Positions 28,548-40,638 of a stretch of DNA of 64,000 nucleotides are shown piece after piece. The notes beneath the pieces were generated by a model that saw only the letters and a list, made by a program, of their open reading frames with translations, had not been told where the DNA came from and ran no database searches. Position numbers and translations under genes: made by a program. Where the stretch lies: positions 160,001 through 224,000 of the forward strand of contig CAVXLD010000001.1 of assembly GCA_963762565.1 (NCBI GenBank), given 5' to 3'. This DNA is from an uncultured Verrucomicrobiae bacterium. GTDB lineage: Bacteria; Verrucomicrobiota; Verrucomicrobiia; Chthoniobacterales; JAFAMB01. Every line of letters begins with the position of its first letter. Within the stretch, counting starts at the first letter, position 1.

Positions 28548-29521
28548 ATCAGGGATTTGCACCAATCGGAGACGTCCTCCAATCAGCTCGGACGTTCGCG
28601 GTGTTAACGCACGTGCGGCCGGACGGAGACGCCATCGGTTCACAACTGGCGATGGTACTGGCTTTGCAGAAACTGGGTAAGACCGTCGTGGCGTGGAATG
28701 AAGATGGACTACCAGAAAGCTTCGCGTTTTTGACCGGCTCGGAGTTGATTACGAAGCCGCCGGATCAGCCGATGGAATTTGACGTGGTACTGGCGCTGGA
28801 CACTGCAGCGAAAAATCGGCTCGGTACCGGCATCGACGCGGTCCGAGCCTACAAAACGCTAGTTAATATCGATCACCACGCGAGTAATCCTGGGTACGGT
28901 GATCTTAACTACATCGATGTTCAGGCACCGGCTACGGGTCAAATTATCTACGAGCTGCTCCAGGACCAAAAGCTTCCCTTTTTCCCAGAAATCGCTGATG
29001 CGCTCTTCGTCGCGATCTCAACTGACACGGGCTCTTTTCGCTACCAGAACACCACCGCGCAGACTTTTGAAATTGCCGGGAAATTGGTCGAAGCAGGTGT
29101 TGACCTGGCCACGATTTCACAACGCGTCTATGAGAACTATCCGAAGCGGCGGATCCTACTACTCGGCCAACTGGTCAATGAGGCGACCTTCCATGCGAAT
29201 GATCGCATAGCAACCTTTAGCCTGAGTGAGGCAACCAAAGCGAGATTGGCCATTGACCCGGCGGATATCGACGGGCTAATCGACGTCATCCGGAGCATTG
29301 ATACCGTGGTAGTCGCAATCTTCTTCGAAGAACTTGCAGAGCAGCGCGTTCGGATCAGTGTCCGATCAAAGGATCCTAAAATAGACGCGAACAAGATTTG
29401 CTCGACCTGGGGCGGAGGCGGTCATCAGCTGGCCGCCGGAGCGCGGATTCGGGGTACGCTGGAAGAGGTGCGTACGAAGGTAATCAGTTACGTCAGCAAT
29501 GAAGTCCTTAAGTACTCTTGA
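28544..29521 (+). CDS. DHH/DHHA1 phosphoesterase (NrnA-like)
   Basis: HVRPDGDAIGS, IDHH, TDTGSF, GGGGH..AAG. Confidence 0.92.
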   Translation: MNQGFAPIGDVLQSARTFAVLTHVRPDGDAIGSQLAMVLALQKLGKTVVAWNEDGLPESFAFLTGSELITKPPDQPMEFDVVLALDTAAKNRLGTGIDAVRAYKTLVNIDHHASNPGYGDLNYIDVQAPATGQIIYELLQDQKLPFFPEIADALFVAISTDTGSFRYQNTTAQTFEIAGKLVEAGVDLATISQRVYENYPKRRILLLGQLVNEATFHANDRIATFSLSEATKARLAIDPADIDGLIDVIRSIDTVVVAIFFEELAEQRVRISVRSKDPKIDANKICSTWGGGGHQLAAGARIRGTLEEVRTKVISYVSNEVLKYS

Positions 29522-30221
29522 TGGGTTGCTGTTAGTCGACAAAGAAGAGCAAATGACCAGCCATGATGTCGTGGCAACGGTCCGACACCGTTTGGGGGTG
29601 CAGAAGGTGGGCCACTGCGGAACCCTTGATCCGTTTGCTACGGGCCTTTTACTAATCGTGATTGGTCGAGGCACTAAAATTCAGGACCTTTTGATGAGCG
29701 AGGATAAGGAGTATGTCGGGACCTTAAAGCTGGGTGTGACAACCGATTCACAAGACCGTGATGGCAATGTGCTTGAAACCCGTCCGGTAGAGCAAGTCGA
29801 GTCGGGCAAAATAGAGTTAGCCTTCAAGAAGTTCCATGGCGATTTCTATCAAATGCCTCCCATGGTTTCCGCCATTAAGCGAGACGGAGTGCCGCTTTAT
29901 AAGCTTGCTCGACAGGGTAAAGTGGTCGACCGCGAGCCCCGTTTCGTCCACGTGTATGCCCATGAGATAAAGGCGATCCGGTTGCCAGAAATCGACTTCC
30001 GAGTGATCTGCAGCAAAGGTTTTTATGTCAGAACGTATGCTCATGACATTGGCACTGAACTCGGATGTGGCGGCCATCTTTCCTCCTTGCGTCGTACTAA
30101 ATCGGGCCGCTTTTCGGTCGATCAGGCGATCACGGTCCAAGAAATCCGGGATTTAGACCGCGAAAACTTAACGACAAAAATCATTTCTTTACCCGACGTG
30201 TCCCGCATGCGCGGAGCCTAA
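29499..30221 (+). CDS. truB: tRNA pseudouridine(55) synthase
   Basis: KVGHCGTLDPFATG, CSKGFYVR. Confidence 0.96.
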   Translation: MKSLSTLDGLLLVDKEEQMTSHDVVATVRHRLGVQKVGHCGTLDPFATGLLLIVIGRGTKIQDLLMSEDKEYVGTLKLGVTTDSQDRDGNVLETRPVEQVESGKIELAFKKFHGDFYQMPPMVSAIKRDGVPLYKLARQGKVVDREPRFVHVYAHEIKAIRLPEIDFRVICSKGFYVRTYAHDIGTELGCGGHLSSLRRTKSGRFSVDQAITVQEIRDLDRENLTTKIISLPDVSRMRGA

Positions 30222-30225
30222 GCCC

Positions 30226-31173
30226 ATGAAGTTGTTGCAATCGGTGGAACAGCTTTCGACCCTTACCGGGCCGACTCATCTGGCTATCGGGGTTTTCGAT
30301 GGGATTCATCTTGGGCATCAGGCCGTAATCAAACGGGCGATCGCCGCCGCGGAAAAAGCGGGGGGCACCTCGGTGGTATTAACTTTTCATCCCCATCCGG
30401 TGCGAGTGCTTCGCCCTGAGAAAGCGCCGCGGCTTCTCACCTCCACTCAGCATAAGACGATGTTGATCGAGCAACTCGGCGTGGGAGCTCTCTTAATACA
30501 GGAGTTCACGCTCGCTTTTTCGCGAACACCGCCGCGCGATTTTGTTCTACAGCTGCTGCTGCATGCTAGACGGTTGCAAACGATTTGTGTGGGCGAAGGT
30601 TGGAGCTTCGGCGCCAATCGCTCCGGCTCGGTCGATCTGTTGGATGAACTTGCCCTCAGCGAAGGGTTCACTTTAGATACCGTTGAGCCCATCATTGTCG
30701 AAGGCGATGCAGTGAGTAGCACTAGAATTCGAGAAGCTGTCGAAAGAGGTGAACTTGCGCAGGCAGCGAAACTCTTAGGGCGACCGTTTACGGTCCTGGG
30801 AACGGTTACTAAAGGGAATCTTTTAGGTAGACAGCTCGGCTTCCCCACCGCAAATCTCCGTGCCCATAACGAGCAATTTCCTCCTAACGGCGTGTACGCG
30901 GTGAAAGCTTGGCACAAAGCCAAAGAGTACGGCGGCGTCGTTAACATTGGCATCCGGCCGACCCTGGAACAGACGATGGGTGAGCGGGTCCTTGAGATTC
31001 ACCTTTTTGATTTCGATCAGGATATCTATGGGGACGAGGTAGAAGTAAGTTTTCTAGAGTATCTGCGGCCGGAAAAGAAATTCGAGAGCCTCACACAGCT
31101 GAAGGAACAGATTGGGCGGGATGCAGGCGTGGCGTTGGGGATTTATCAGGGGCGGCGAGGCAGTGAAAAGTGA
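30226..31173 (+). CDS. ribF: Bifunctional riboflavin kinase/FAD synthetase
   Basis: GVFDGIHLGH, SSTRIR, GFPTAN, NIGIRPT. Confidence 0.96.
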   Translation: MKLLQSVEQLSTLTGPTHLAIGVFDGIHLGHQAVIKRAIAAAEKAGGTSVVLTFHPHPVRVLRPEKAPRLLTSTQHKTMLIEQLGVGALLIQEFTLAFSRTPPRDFVLQLLLHARRLQTICVGEGWSFGANRSGSVDLLDELALSEGFTLDTVEPIIVEGDAVSSTRIREAVERGELAQAAKLLGRPFTVLGTVTKGNLLGRQLGFPTANLRAHNEQFPPNGVYAVKAWHKAKEYGGVVNIGIRPTLEQTMGERVLEIHLFDFDQDIYGDEVEVSFLEYLRPEKKFESLTQLKEQIGRDAGVALGIYQGRRGSEK

Positions 31174-31361
31174 TTGGTGAAAGGTGATTGGTGAAGTACG
31201 CCCAGCGCCGGTCGACGTCCAGAGTGAGACAGGCTAGCGGCTTCGACGATTTCCTAGGACCAATCTGCCACTAGATTTGGCCACGCGACAACCTCTCCGA
31301 AAACCTCTAGGTCATTTAGAAGCCTCGCCCCACCAATCACCAATCACTAATCACCAATCAC
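31170..31361. repeat. Inverted heptamer cluster (GTGATTG)n...(CAATCAC)n including one GGGCGAGGCT-type arm
   Basis: Direct reading; agcctcgccccaccaa at about 31321. Confidence 0.8.
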
Positions 31362-31874
31362 TTATCTGCCACTCACCCCTAGCCGGCCCAAGACGCCCAG
31401 CGTCAAAGTTCCCGTCACTGGCTGGCCGGAACTGACTTGATAGCGCTGGAGAGCAGTCTGCGTGTTGGGGCCAAAGTCGCCGTCGATGTCACCATTATAG
31501 TACCCCAACCGGTGCAACGCTTGTTGGACCTGGCGTACCTGTCCGATGGTATAACCGTTGACTGCAGTTCGGTCTGCTGATTCGATCGTTGTGCCCAAAG
31601 GCAATTTTCTTGGCGCAGGATCGATCTGAACCCGAGGCGCCAGCTTAGCTTCCTCGATTGGCGGATTGACAAGCAGGTTATTATCAAGCGGACTGTAGAG
31701 TGAGCGATACTGTTGCGTATTCGCAAACGATCGGACCTGCGGTAAATGCACCTGCGGAACATGGACCGCAATCGGTGCTTCGATATGCGGGGCAACTACT
31801 ATCACCGGCCGCGACTGCGCTTGCGTCGAAGAAGCAGCGCCCACAAACAACAAACAGAAGAACAACTTTCCCAT
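31362..31874 (-). CDS. Secreted peptidoglycan-binding domain protein (PG_binding_1)
   Basis: VRQVQQALHRLGYY.GDIDGDFGPNTQTALQRYQ. Confidence 0.85.
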   Translation of the reverse strand: MGKLFFCLLFVGAASSTQAQSRPVIVVAPHIEAPIAVHVPQVHLPQVRSFANTQQYRSLYSPLDNNLLVNPPIEEAKLAPRVQIDPAPRKLPLGTTIESADRTAVNGYTIGQVRQVQQALHRLGYYNGDIDGDFGPNTQTALQRYQVSSGQPVTGTLTLGVLGRLGVSGR

Positions 31875-31928
31875 AAGAAACCTCCTCAACGACCGGCCCA
31901 CCTTCGTTGCGCTATCGCGCGACGGCTA

Positions 31929-32000
31929 TGCACGGTGAGGGAATCGAACCCCCGACCTACTGGGTGTAAACCAGTCGCTCTACCGCTAAGCTAACCGTGC
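31929..32000 (-). tRNA. tRNA-Val(UAC)
   Basis: GCACGGTTAGCTTAGCGGTAGAGCGACTGGTTTACACCCAGTAGGTCGGGGGTTCGATTCCCTCACCGTGCA. Confidence 0.95.
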
Positions 32001-32367
32001 TCGCCCAAGATTTCCAGAGGACCCGTTATCTAAAGCGGTTTCGTTGGGCGGTCAAGATGCGATGCGCCGTGGGCGATAAACACGGCTTTCCCAGGCACAA
32101 GGCGGAAAGGCAGGCGGACGGATGGGACTTATGGGACCTATGGGAGTAATATGAATTCGCCCATCATTGGGACTGCGCTTTAACTCAAAAGTGTCATGAG
32201 GCGGACCCCATCGTTGCGGAACAGCAGAGATTTCTTCGCTCGGTCGTCTCTTTCTCCCGCTGCTTCCTTTTGACCAAGCTGTGAAGAAATTCCCACTTGA
32301 AGGGCAGTGGCGCTGCGCCACGGCGCGCAATAGCGACCAGTTCACGCCGCTTTCGTCTCACCCTCGA

Positions 32368-32383
32368 TGGCACACGTCGTGCT
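32368..32383 (+). promoter_or_regulatory. sigma54 (-24/-12) promoter upstream of amt
   Basis: TGGCAC-ACGTC-GTGCT with GG-N10-GC spacing. Confidence 0.65.
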
Positions 32384-32533
32384 AAAGATCGAACTGTAAC
32401 GGCCGAAAACGCTGCGGTTGCCTGGCAAAGAGGAGCATGGTATTTGCGGGCTGCGATTTCGTGGCAGCACCCAATCGCCTGATTAGCAAGAATTACCAGA
32501 CCCAGGAACCTGACAAATCGTAGCAGACACTTT

Positions 32534-34353
<1,820 letters not shown>

Positions 34354-34354
34354 G

Positions 34355-34469
34355 GAGGAGTTCAGGAGTTCGAGGAGTTCAGAAGTGAAAGCGCTGGGTA
34401 GCCGTAGCAATTAGGCGAACCGGCGGTTCGATTCTGAACTCCTGCAACTCCTTGAACTCCTGAACTCCT
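34355..34469. repeat. Inverted cluster (AGGAGTTC)n...(GAACTCCT)n
   Basis: Direct reading. Confidence 0.8.
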
Positions 34470-34470
34470 T

Positions 34471-34536
34471 TAGCGCAAAAGCCTGAATGGCTCAGAAATC
34501 GTTAACGATTTCTGAGCCATTCAGGCTTTTGTGCTA
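34471..34536. repeat. 66-bp spacer-less palindrome (1 mismatch)
   Basis: TAGCGCAAAAGCCTGAATGGCTCAGAAATCGTT|AACGATTTCTGAGCCATTCAGGCTTTTGTGCTA. Confidence 0.9.
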
Positions 34537-34549
34537 TTTTGAGCTCCTC

Positions 34550-35647
34550 ATGAGTAGTATTACGGAGCACACGGACACGACGAATGCCCGCATTCTAGCT
34601 GTCTCCGAGGATAAGATTCAGGGATTTGTCAGAGAACCTTTCGCCCAGATCGCAGAGCTTTCGGGACTCTCCGAAGATCTGGTTCTGGAACGAATTCGCT
34701 CCATGCTGGCAGCCGGAACGATACGGCGGGTTCGGCAGACCTTGTTGTCGACCAACCTGGCTCAAGGAGCATTAGTCGCATGGAAAGTTCCTCCCGAACG
34801 GCTTGATGCCGCATTCGATTTCATGTTCCGTCAGGATCCTTTTTCTGGGCACGTCGTCATCCGATCCACCGATTCGAACACAGCAGGAAGCGAGTACAGA
34901 TTATGGACGACGATTAAGGTGCCTCAAGGCTTCAGCTTGGAACAACACGCCGAGCTGCTGCGAAATAAGGTGGGCGGAGAGAAGGTAATATTGATGCCCG
35001 CTAAAGGCATTTTTGCCTTAGGAGTCGGTCACGTGCGCCGCAAGACTTTAGCGTGCGGCGACAAAGCGAGTGCTCCGGCAGAAATGCTGAAGACCGAAAT
35101 CGTTGAACTGAGCTCTCTAGAGTGGCGAGTCCTGTTGGCCTTAAAACGGGAATTCACCTTAGAAGAAATTCGCCCTCATCCCTGGCTTTCAAGGGCGCGG
35201 GAGAGTGACTTACCATTGGAAGTCTTTTTTGAAGTGGCTGAGACCTTGAACGAGAAGAAAATCATCGGCCGATTTTCTACGTTTTTAGAGCATGTAAAGC
35301 CTTCCACATCTGGTGTTCGAGTTACTCGTTTCAACGGTTTGTTCCACTGGGCAGTTCCTCCTGGATGGGAACATAAAGCCGGTTCTGAAGTCGGCCGGCA
35401 CGAGATTCTAACCCATTGTTATTGGCGAGAGGCCGGGCCTGAATTCGGCAACGTCAATATTATGGCGGTTGCTCACGGGACTGACAAAAATTGGCTGTTG
35501 CAGAACAAGGAAGCAATCGACAAACATTTGCAAGCATGTGGGATTGCGACTACCTACACCAACGTATTTTGGGGTGGTAGATCGGAGATAAAACCGTCCG
35601 AGATTTCGCCATTGGTGTATCAGGATTGGTTGAAGCGCATCCGTTAG
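34550..35647 (+). CDS. Fused Lrp/AsnC-fold siroheme decarboxylase (AhbAB/NirDL-like)
   Basis: Two wHTH+Lrp modules; GALVAWKVP; THCYWR...NIMAVAHG. Confidence 0.72.
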   Translation: MSSITEHTDTTNARILAVSEDKIQGFVREPFAQIAELSGLSEDLVLERIRSMLAAGTIRRVRQTLLSTNLAQGALVAWKVPPERLDAAFDFMFRQDPFSGHVVIRSTDSNTAGSEYRLWTTIKVPQGFSLEQHAELLRNKVGGEKVILMPAKGIFALGVGHVRRKTLACGDKASAPAEMLKTEIVELSSLEWRVLLALKREFTLEEIRPHPWLSRARESDLPLEVFFEVAETLNEKKIIGRFSTFLEHVKPSTSGVRVTRFNGLFHWAVPPGWEHKAGSEVGRHEILTHCYWREAGPEFGNVNIMAVAHGTDKNWLLQNKEAIDKHLQACGIATTYTNVFWGGRSEIKPSEISPLVYQDWLKRIR

Positions 35648-35739
35648 TGATTTTGTCTCTCGGCTGCTGCCAAACAAGCGGGCCATGGTCCAGGTCAACC
35701 TGACCTCACCCGTCCGAACAAAACGGTTTTTAGAATTCC

Positions 35740-38700
35740 ATGCGTATCCTGGCCTTCTTTGTCTTCTGTTGCCTGGTCGGCAACCTGAGTGCGGAAGAAG
35801 AGTTCAGTTTTGAGTCAGCTCCAGGGAAGCTGCCAAAGACGGTTGCTCCTCGTCATTACGTCATTCATCTGGAACCGGACGAGAACCAGATGACGGTCGA
35901 CGGAGCGGAAGCCGTCGAAATGGATGTGCTAAAGCCGACGCACCAAATCGTGATGAATGCGGGCGACATGAAGATTTGGAACGCCACGCTTACTCACAGT
36001 GGCGCTAGAGAGAAGCTGGTTGCTCAACCGGATCTCAGTCAGCAACAGGTAAAATTCGTCACGGCGCAGGATCTTCGCCCGGGCACTTATACACTCTCCT
36101 TTTGCTTCAGGTCACCTATCAACAACGAGTCGCGAGGCTTATTCCTTCAGCATTATCAATCGGACGGAAAGACCGAAAACATTCTGGCCACTCAGATGCG
36201 CCCAGACAAGGCCCGCCAGCTGTTTCCCTGTTGGGATGAGCCTGCGTTTCGGGCCACTTTCCAACTTTCGGTAAAAGTCGACAAGAAGACCTCCGCCGTT
36301 TCGAACATGCCGGAGGTGGCCGAGGAGCCCGTCGGCAGCGACAAAAAGATCGTGATCTTTGAGCGGTCGCCTCCGATGTCCTCTTACCTCGTTTCTTTGA
36401 TCTGCGGGCGCTTGGACAGTGTCGAGGATCAGGTGGATGGCGTGAAACTCCGAGTCTTCACGATCCCGGGTAAAGCTAAATTGGGAGCGTTTGCTCTGGA
36501 GAACGAACGCAAGCTACTAGCTTATTACCGCGATTACTTCGGGATTCCGTATCCATTGCCGAAGCTGGATCAAATAGCGCTTCCGCAGAATTTCGGAGGA
36601 TCGGTAGAGAGCTGGGGCACGATCGCGTATGACGAGAACCTCTTACTGTATGATTCTCTAAACAGCGCCCCTCAGGCTCAGGAACAGATCTTCGCCACTA
36701 TGTCGCGGGCGATTGCGCAGCAGTGGTTTGGCGACCTGGTCACAATGGCCTGGTGGAATAATCGTTGGCTAAGCGAGAGCTTGTCTTCTTGGGTAGCGCA
36801 TAAGGCAGAGGACAAGCTCCATCCCGAGTGGCGAAGTTGGTTGCGAGCGACCGCTGACCGAGAACAGGCCATGGCGCAAGACGAGCGAAGCGACACCCGC
36901 CCGATACAACCGGCGATTAGTCCAGATCAGCAGATCGACGATGGCTTCGATAATATCGTCTCTTGGAAGGGCCAGTATGTGATCCGCATGCTGGAAGGTC
37001 TTCTTGGCGAGGACGCTTTCCGAGACGGGATCCGGCTTTATCTTAAGCAGAACCAATTTTCGAATGCCACCGCTGCGAATCTTTGGGCGGCTTTAGATAA
37101 GACCAGTGGCCGATCGGTCTCTCAGATCGTGTCCCCATGGCTGACCCAACCGGGCTACCCGATGATCCGGGTAACGGCCGAGTGCGTTAAGTCGAAACAA
37201 GTGGTTACGCTAGAGCAATCCCGGTTCACTTTAGAACCAGGCGCGAGCAACGATCAGCAATGGATCATTCCAGTCGGCATCCTTTCTACGTTCAATCCGC
37301 ATCGCCCGAGTTACGCTCTGCTCGATAAGATCACGCAAACCTTCGATTTCCCGGATTGCTGGGGCGCCCTTAATGTTAACGCGAACGACCTCGGTTTCTA
37401 CCGAGTCTGGTATGATCCCGATCTGTTCGCTAAACTGCGCCGGGAATGGGACCGGCTAAGCGAAGAGGAGCGCGTGGATGTGGTTTCAGATACTTGGGCA
37501 ATGGTGCTCTCCAATCGTTCCCCCATCTCAACCTATCTGACACTCCTGGAAGGCCTAGGGGGCGAAACCAGTTACAGTGTTTGGCATAACATCCTCCAAG
37601 CGCTTATCGCAATAGATCGTTTGGAACAGGGTCAGCCCGGGCGAGCCGCTTATCAGGCTTATGTTTGTTCCCTGCTCAATCCGTTGTTAGAGCGACTCGG
37701 CTGGTATCCAAATAACGACGAGGAACTGGCCACCAAGTTGTTCCGAAACGAATTAATCGAGGCACTTGGTGTTTTTGGTGATCGTTCCGTGATTAACGAA
37801 GCGTTTGAGCGCTTCGAACAACTTCATAAGAATCCGGATAGCATCGCCCCGGATTTGCGTGGAGCCGTGGTTGCAGTGGTTGGCCGCTACAGTTCGGAGG
37901 CGGTATACACTCAGCTTCATCAGCTGGCGCGCGAAGCCACTCTGTTGGAAGCGAAAGATGATTATTATCACGCGATGGAGTGTGTTCTCGACCCGAAACT
38001 AGCAGAGAAAACACTAGAACTCGCTATCGGCCAAGAGCTATCACCCGCAGAATCGGCAGGCGCGTTCGCGAAAGTGGCTTCTGAAGGCGAACATGCCGAT
38101 CTCGCCTGGAACTTCGTGAAGGAGCGGTTAGATCTCTTGGAAAAGGATCGATCACAGACGTTATGGACGGTTCTGGTGCCCTCAATTGTGGAAGGTCTTT
38201 ACGATCGAGATACAGCCAATGAAATCCTTAACCTGAGTAAAGACCGGGCCACCGCTAACGGCCTCACTAGAACACAGATGGCGGCCGACCTGTTGCAAGT
38301 CCGAGCAAAGCTTCGCGAACGTTTGCTCCCGGATATCGATGATTGGGTTAAAAAAAGAGCTGGCACCAGGGTGGAAGCGCTGGCGAAATCGTCCGCGGTT
38401 ACCGGTACCTTTACCGCATCTGCAGCACGGCCTTTGAACGCTGTATCGACTATCGGAGCCAATAACCCGACGCCGACGCCAACTCCGGCGTCGCTAAGCA
38501 TGATTCAAAGCACACCTCAGCCGGCTCCGACCGTGGTTCCGCAATCTAGTCCGACCGTTGAATCGATGCCTACGTCAAGCCCACTACCCGTCGCTTCTGG
38601 AAGCCCTGTTGCACCCCCGATTCCGGCAGAATCTCCAAAATCGGAAGAGAATCCGGCAAACGTGCCACCGTCACCGACGGCATCGCCTGAAGCATCTCCC

Positions 38701-38970
38701 ACCGTTGAGCAGCGAGTTGCGAAACATAGGGCTACGCCAAAGCCGCAGCCGACCCCGATGTCAACTCCTAAGCCGAAGACACTCCTGGGCAAAATCTTCG
38801 ACAGCTTGCGGAAGGCCAATGAAGAAGCCGGCAAGCCGACCCCGACGCCAAGCGATGGCCACTATGCGATGCCGACGCCAACTGTTCGTTATTGGGCCAG
38901 TCCGACACCAAAGCCGAAACGTAGTAAGACGGAGCCGTCGCCGACCAATTCCGTCTATACTGACCACTAG
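35740..38970 (+). CDS. M1 aminopeptidase homologue with degenerate active site and Pro/Ser/Thr-rich tail
   Basis: ARQLFPCWDEP, PPMSSYL, YPLPKLD, ERAP1-C-like region; GAMEN and HEXXH motifs altered. Confidence 0.88.
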   Translation: MRILAFFVFCCLVGNLSAEEEFSFESAPGKLPKTVAPRHYVIHLEPDENQMTVDGAEAVEMDVLKPTHQIVMNAGDMKIWNATLTHSGAREKLVAQPDLSQQQVKFVTAQDLRPGTYTLSFCFRSPINNESRGLFLQHYQSDGKTENILATQMRPDKARQLFPCWDEPAFRATFQLSVKVDKKTSAVSNMPEVAEEPVGSDKKIVIFERSPPMSSYLVSLICGRLDSVEDQVDGVKLRVFTIPGKAKLGAFALENERKLLAYYRDYFGIPYPLPKLDQIALPQNFGGSVESWGTIAYDENLLLYDSLNSAPQAQEQIFATMSRAIAQQWFGDLVTMAWWNNRWLSESLSSWVAHKAEDKLHPEWRSWLRATADREQAMAQDERSDTRPIQPAISPDQQIDDGFDNIVSWKGQYVIRMLEGLLGEDAFRDGIRLYLKQNQFSNATAANLWAALDKTSGRSVSQIVSPWLTQPGYPMIRVTAECVKSKQVVTLEQSRFTLEPGASNDQQWIIPVGILSTFNPHRPSYALLDKITQTFDFPDCWGALNVNANDLGFYRVWYDPDLFAKLRREWDRLSEEERVDVVSDTWAMVLSNRSPISTYLTLLEGLGGETSYSVWHNILQALIAIDRLEQGQPGRAAYQAYVCSLLNPLLERLGWYPNNDEELATKLFRNELIEALGVFGDRSVINEAFERFEQLHKNPDSIAPDLRGAVVAVVGRYSSEAVYTQLHQLAREATLLEAKDDYYHAMECVLDPKLAEKTLELAIGQELSPAESAGAFAKVASEGEHADLAWNFVKERLDLLEKDRSQTLWTVLVPSIVEGLYDRDTANEILNLSKDRATANGLTRTQMAADLLQVRAKLRERLLPDIDDWVKKRAGTRVEALAKSSAVTGTFTASAARPLNAVSTIGANNPTPTPTPASLSMIQSTPQPAPTVVPQSSPTVESMPTSSPLPVASGSPVAPPIPAESPKSEENPANVPPSPTASPEASPTVEQRVAKHRATPKPQPTPMSTPKPKTLLGKIFDSLRKANEEAGKPTPTPSDGHYAMPTPTVRYWASPTPKPKRSKTEPSPTNSVYTDH

Positions 38971-39137
38971 GGCTTGAAGCACTGCAACTAAATGCCGTTA
39001 GCCCCAGCCATGTCAGGGGCACTAGAGGAGTGTGTCGGCGAACGGGCGAACAAACTGGTGGGGCGAAGCTCCAGATCTTCCTAAAAAGGTGAACAAGGCG
39101 ATTGCTATTACCGAATCTATAGTAGCCAGCACCGAAC

Positions 39138-40601
39138 CTACCCCGCGTTCAATAACTTCTCCAGCGTCTCCCCGACTAGATTTGGATTTGCTTTCCCTTT
39201 CGAAGCCTTCATCACTTGGCCTTTTAGGAAGTTGATCGCGGCGCCTTTTCCAGCCCGATAGTCTTCGACCGACTTCGGATTCGCTTCGATGACCTGCTGG
39301 CAAAGCAGCTTGATAGCGTCAACATCGCTCTCCTGTTTAAGGCCCTTTGCTTCCACAATCTTTCCCGGGGCTTCACCCGATGCGAACATCTCGGCGAAAA
39401 CTTCTTTCCCCTGTTTGCTGTTGATCTTCCCGTCTTCGATCAGTCCAGTCAATTCCGCGAGATGTTGCGGTTGGATAGGACACTCTCCTACTGATTTCCC
39501 AGCCGTCGCCAATGCACTCAGCAAATCGTTTAGAACGTAGTTAGCCACCGCTTTGGGTCTCTTGGCTCCTTTGGCGGCAGCTTCAAAATAACGTGAGAGC
39601 TCCAAGTCATCCGCCAGCACCCCGGCGTCGTAACTGCTAATCTCGTAATCTCGGATGAAACGCTCACGTTTTGCCCAAGGCAATTCAGGTAGGCGTAAGC
39701 GTACTTCCGGCATGAACACCTCGGTTTTAACGGGGAGCAAATCCGGGTCCGGGAAATATCGGTAGTCATGGGCCGACTCCTTAGTACGCATTAGAAAAGT
39801 CTCGCCTTTGTCGTCGTCCCATCGGCGAGTCTCTTGAGACAATCTCTCTCCACGTTCTAAAGCAGAAATCTGGCGATCGATCTCAAACGCCAAAGCCCTT
39901 CGAACCCCGCTGATCGAATTCAGATTCTTCAACTCGATCTTGGCCCCATACTCGGTCTGATGATGGGGGCGTACCGACACGTTACAATCACAACGCAGCT
40001 GGCCTTTCTCCATATCCGCATCGCTCACATCTCCGTAGATCAAGGCCTGCTTTAGCGACGTGAGATAAGCGAACGCTTCTTCGGGGGATTCTAGGTCCGG
40101 TTGGGAAACAATCTCCATTAGTGGCGTCCCGGCCCGGTTAAAATCGATTCCACTCGTCGTCTCGAAATGGGAATTCTTGGCGACATCTTCCTCTAAATGA
40201 ATCCGGATTAGCCGGACTCGTTTATCCGGATTTTTGATGCCCTTCTGCGCGTCTTTCGGGTAAGCGAGATCGTACAGAGGAACTTCTCCACTCTGGCAAA
40301 TCGGCATATCGTACTGCGAGATTTGATAGTTCTTCGGCATGTCCGGATAGTAGTAGTTCTTACGATCGAATTTGCAGACCGGAGCGATCTCAGATTGGAA
40401 GATCAGGCCGGTCAAGGCTGTCATTTTGAGCGCTTCCAGATTCATCACAGGTAAGGCGCCGGGCAGCCCAAGGCAGGTAGGGCACACATTCGTATTGGGC
40501 TCCGCCCCGTACTCGACCGCGCAACCACAAAACATTTTGCTCCTGGTCTTCAGCTGGACATGCACCTCTAGTCCAATGGTCGCGATGTAATCACTCTTCA
40601 T
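39138..40601 (-). CDS. gatB: Asp/Glu-tRNA amidotransferase subunit B
   Basis: IGLEVHVQL, FDRKNYYYPD, NRAGTPLMEIVS, YRYFPDPD. Confidence 0.97.
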   Translation of the reverse strand: MKSDYIATIGLEVHVQLKTRSKMFCGCAVEYGAEPNTNVCPTCLGLPGALPVMNLEALKMTALTGLIFQSEIAPVCKFDRKNYYYPDMPKNYQISQYDMPICQSGEVPLYDLAYPKDAQKGIKNPDKRVRLIRIHLEEDVAKNSHFETTSGIDFNRAGTPLMEIVSQPDLESPEEAFAYLTSLKQALIYGDVSDADMEKGQLRCDCNVSVRPHHQTEYGAKIELKNLNSISGVRRALAFEIDRQISALERGERLSQETRRWDDDKGETFLMRTKESAHDYRYFPDPDLLPVKTEVFMPEVRLRLPELPWAKRERFIRDYEISSYDAGVLADDLELSRYFEAAAKGAKRPKAVANYVLNDLLSALATAGKSVGECPIQPQHLAELTGLIEDGKINSKQGKEVFAEMFASGEAPGKIVEAKGLKQESDVDAIKLLCQQVIEANPKSVEDYRAGKGAAINFLKGQVMKASKGKANPNLVGETLEKLLNAG

Positions 40602-40637
40602 AGATTTTTAGCCCGGCCAGGCCGGGCTAAAAATCTA
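40601..40637. repeat. Perfect 18-bp inverted repeat with 1-nt spacer filling the cvpA-gatB gap
   Basis: TAGATTTTTAGCCCGGCC-A-GGCCGGGCTAAAAATCTA. Confidence 0.9.
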
Positions 40638-40638
40638 C

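Noticed and set aside
32313..32328. NtrC binding site TGCGCCACGGCGCGCA
   Set aside because: Spacing and sequence match the consensus poorly and it is close to the promoter for an enhancer.
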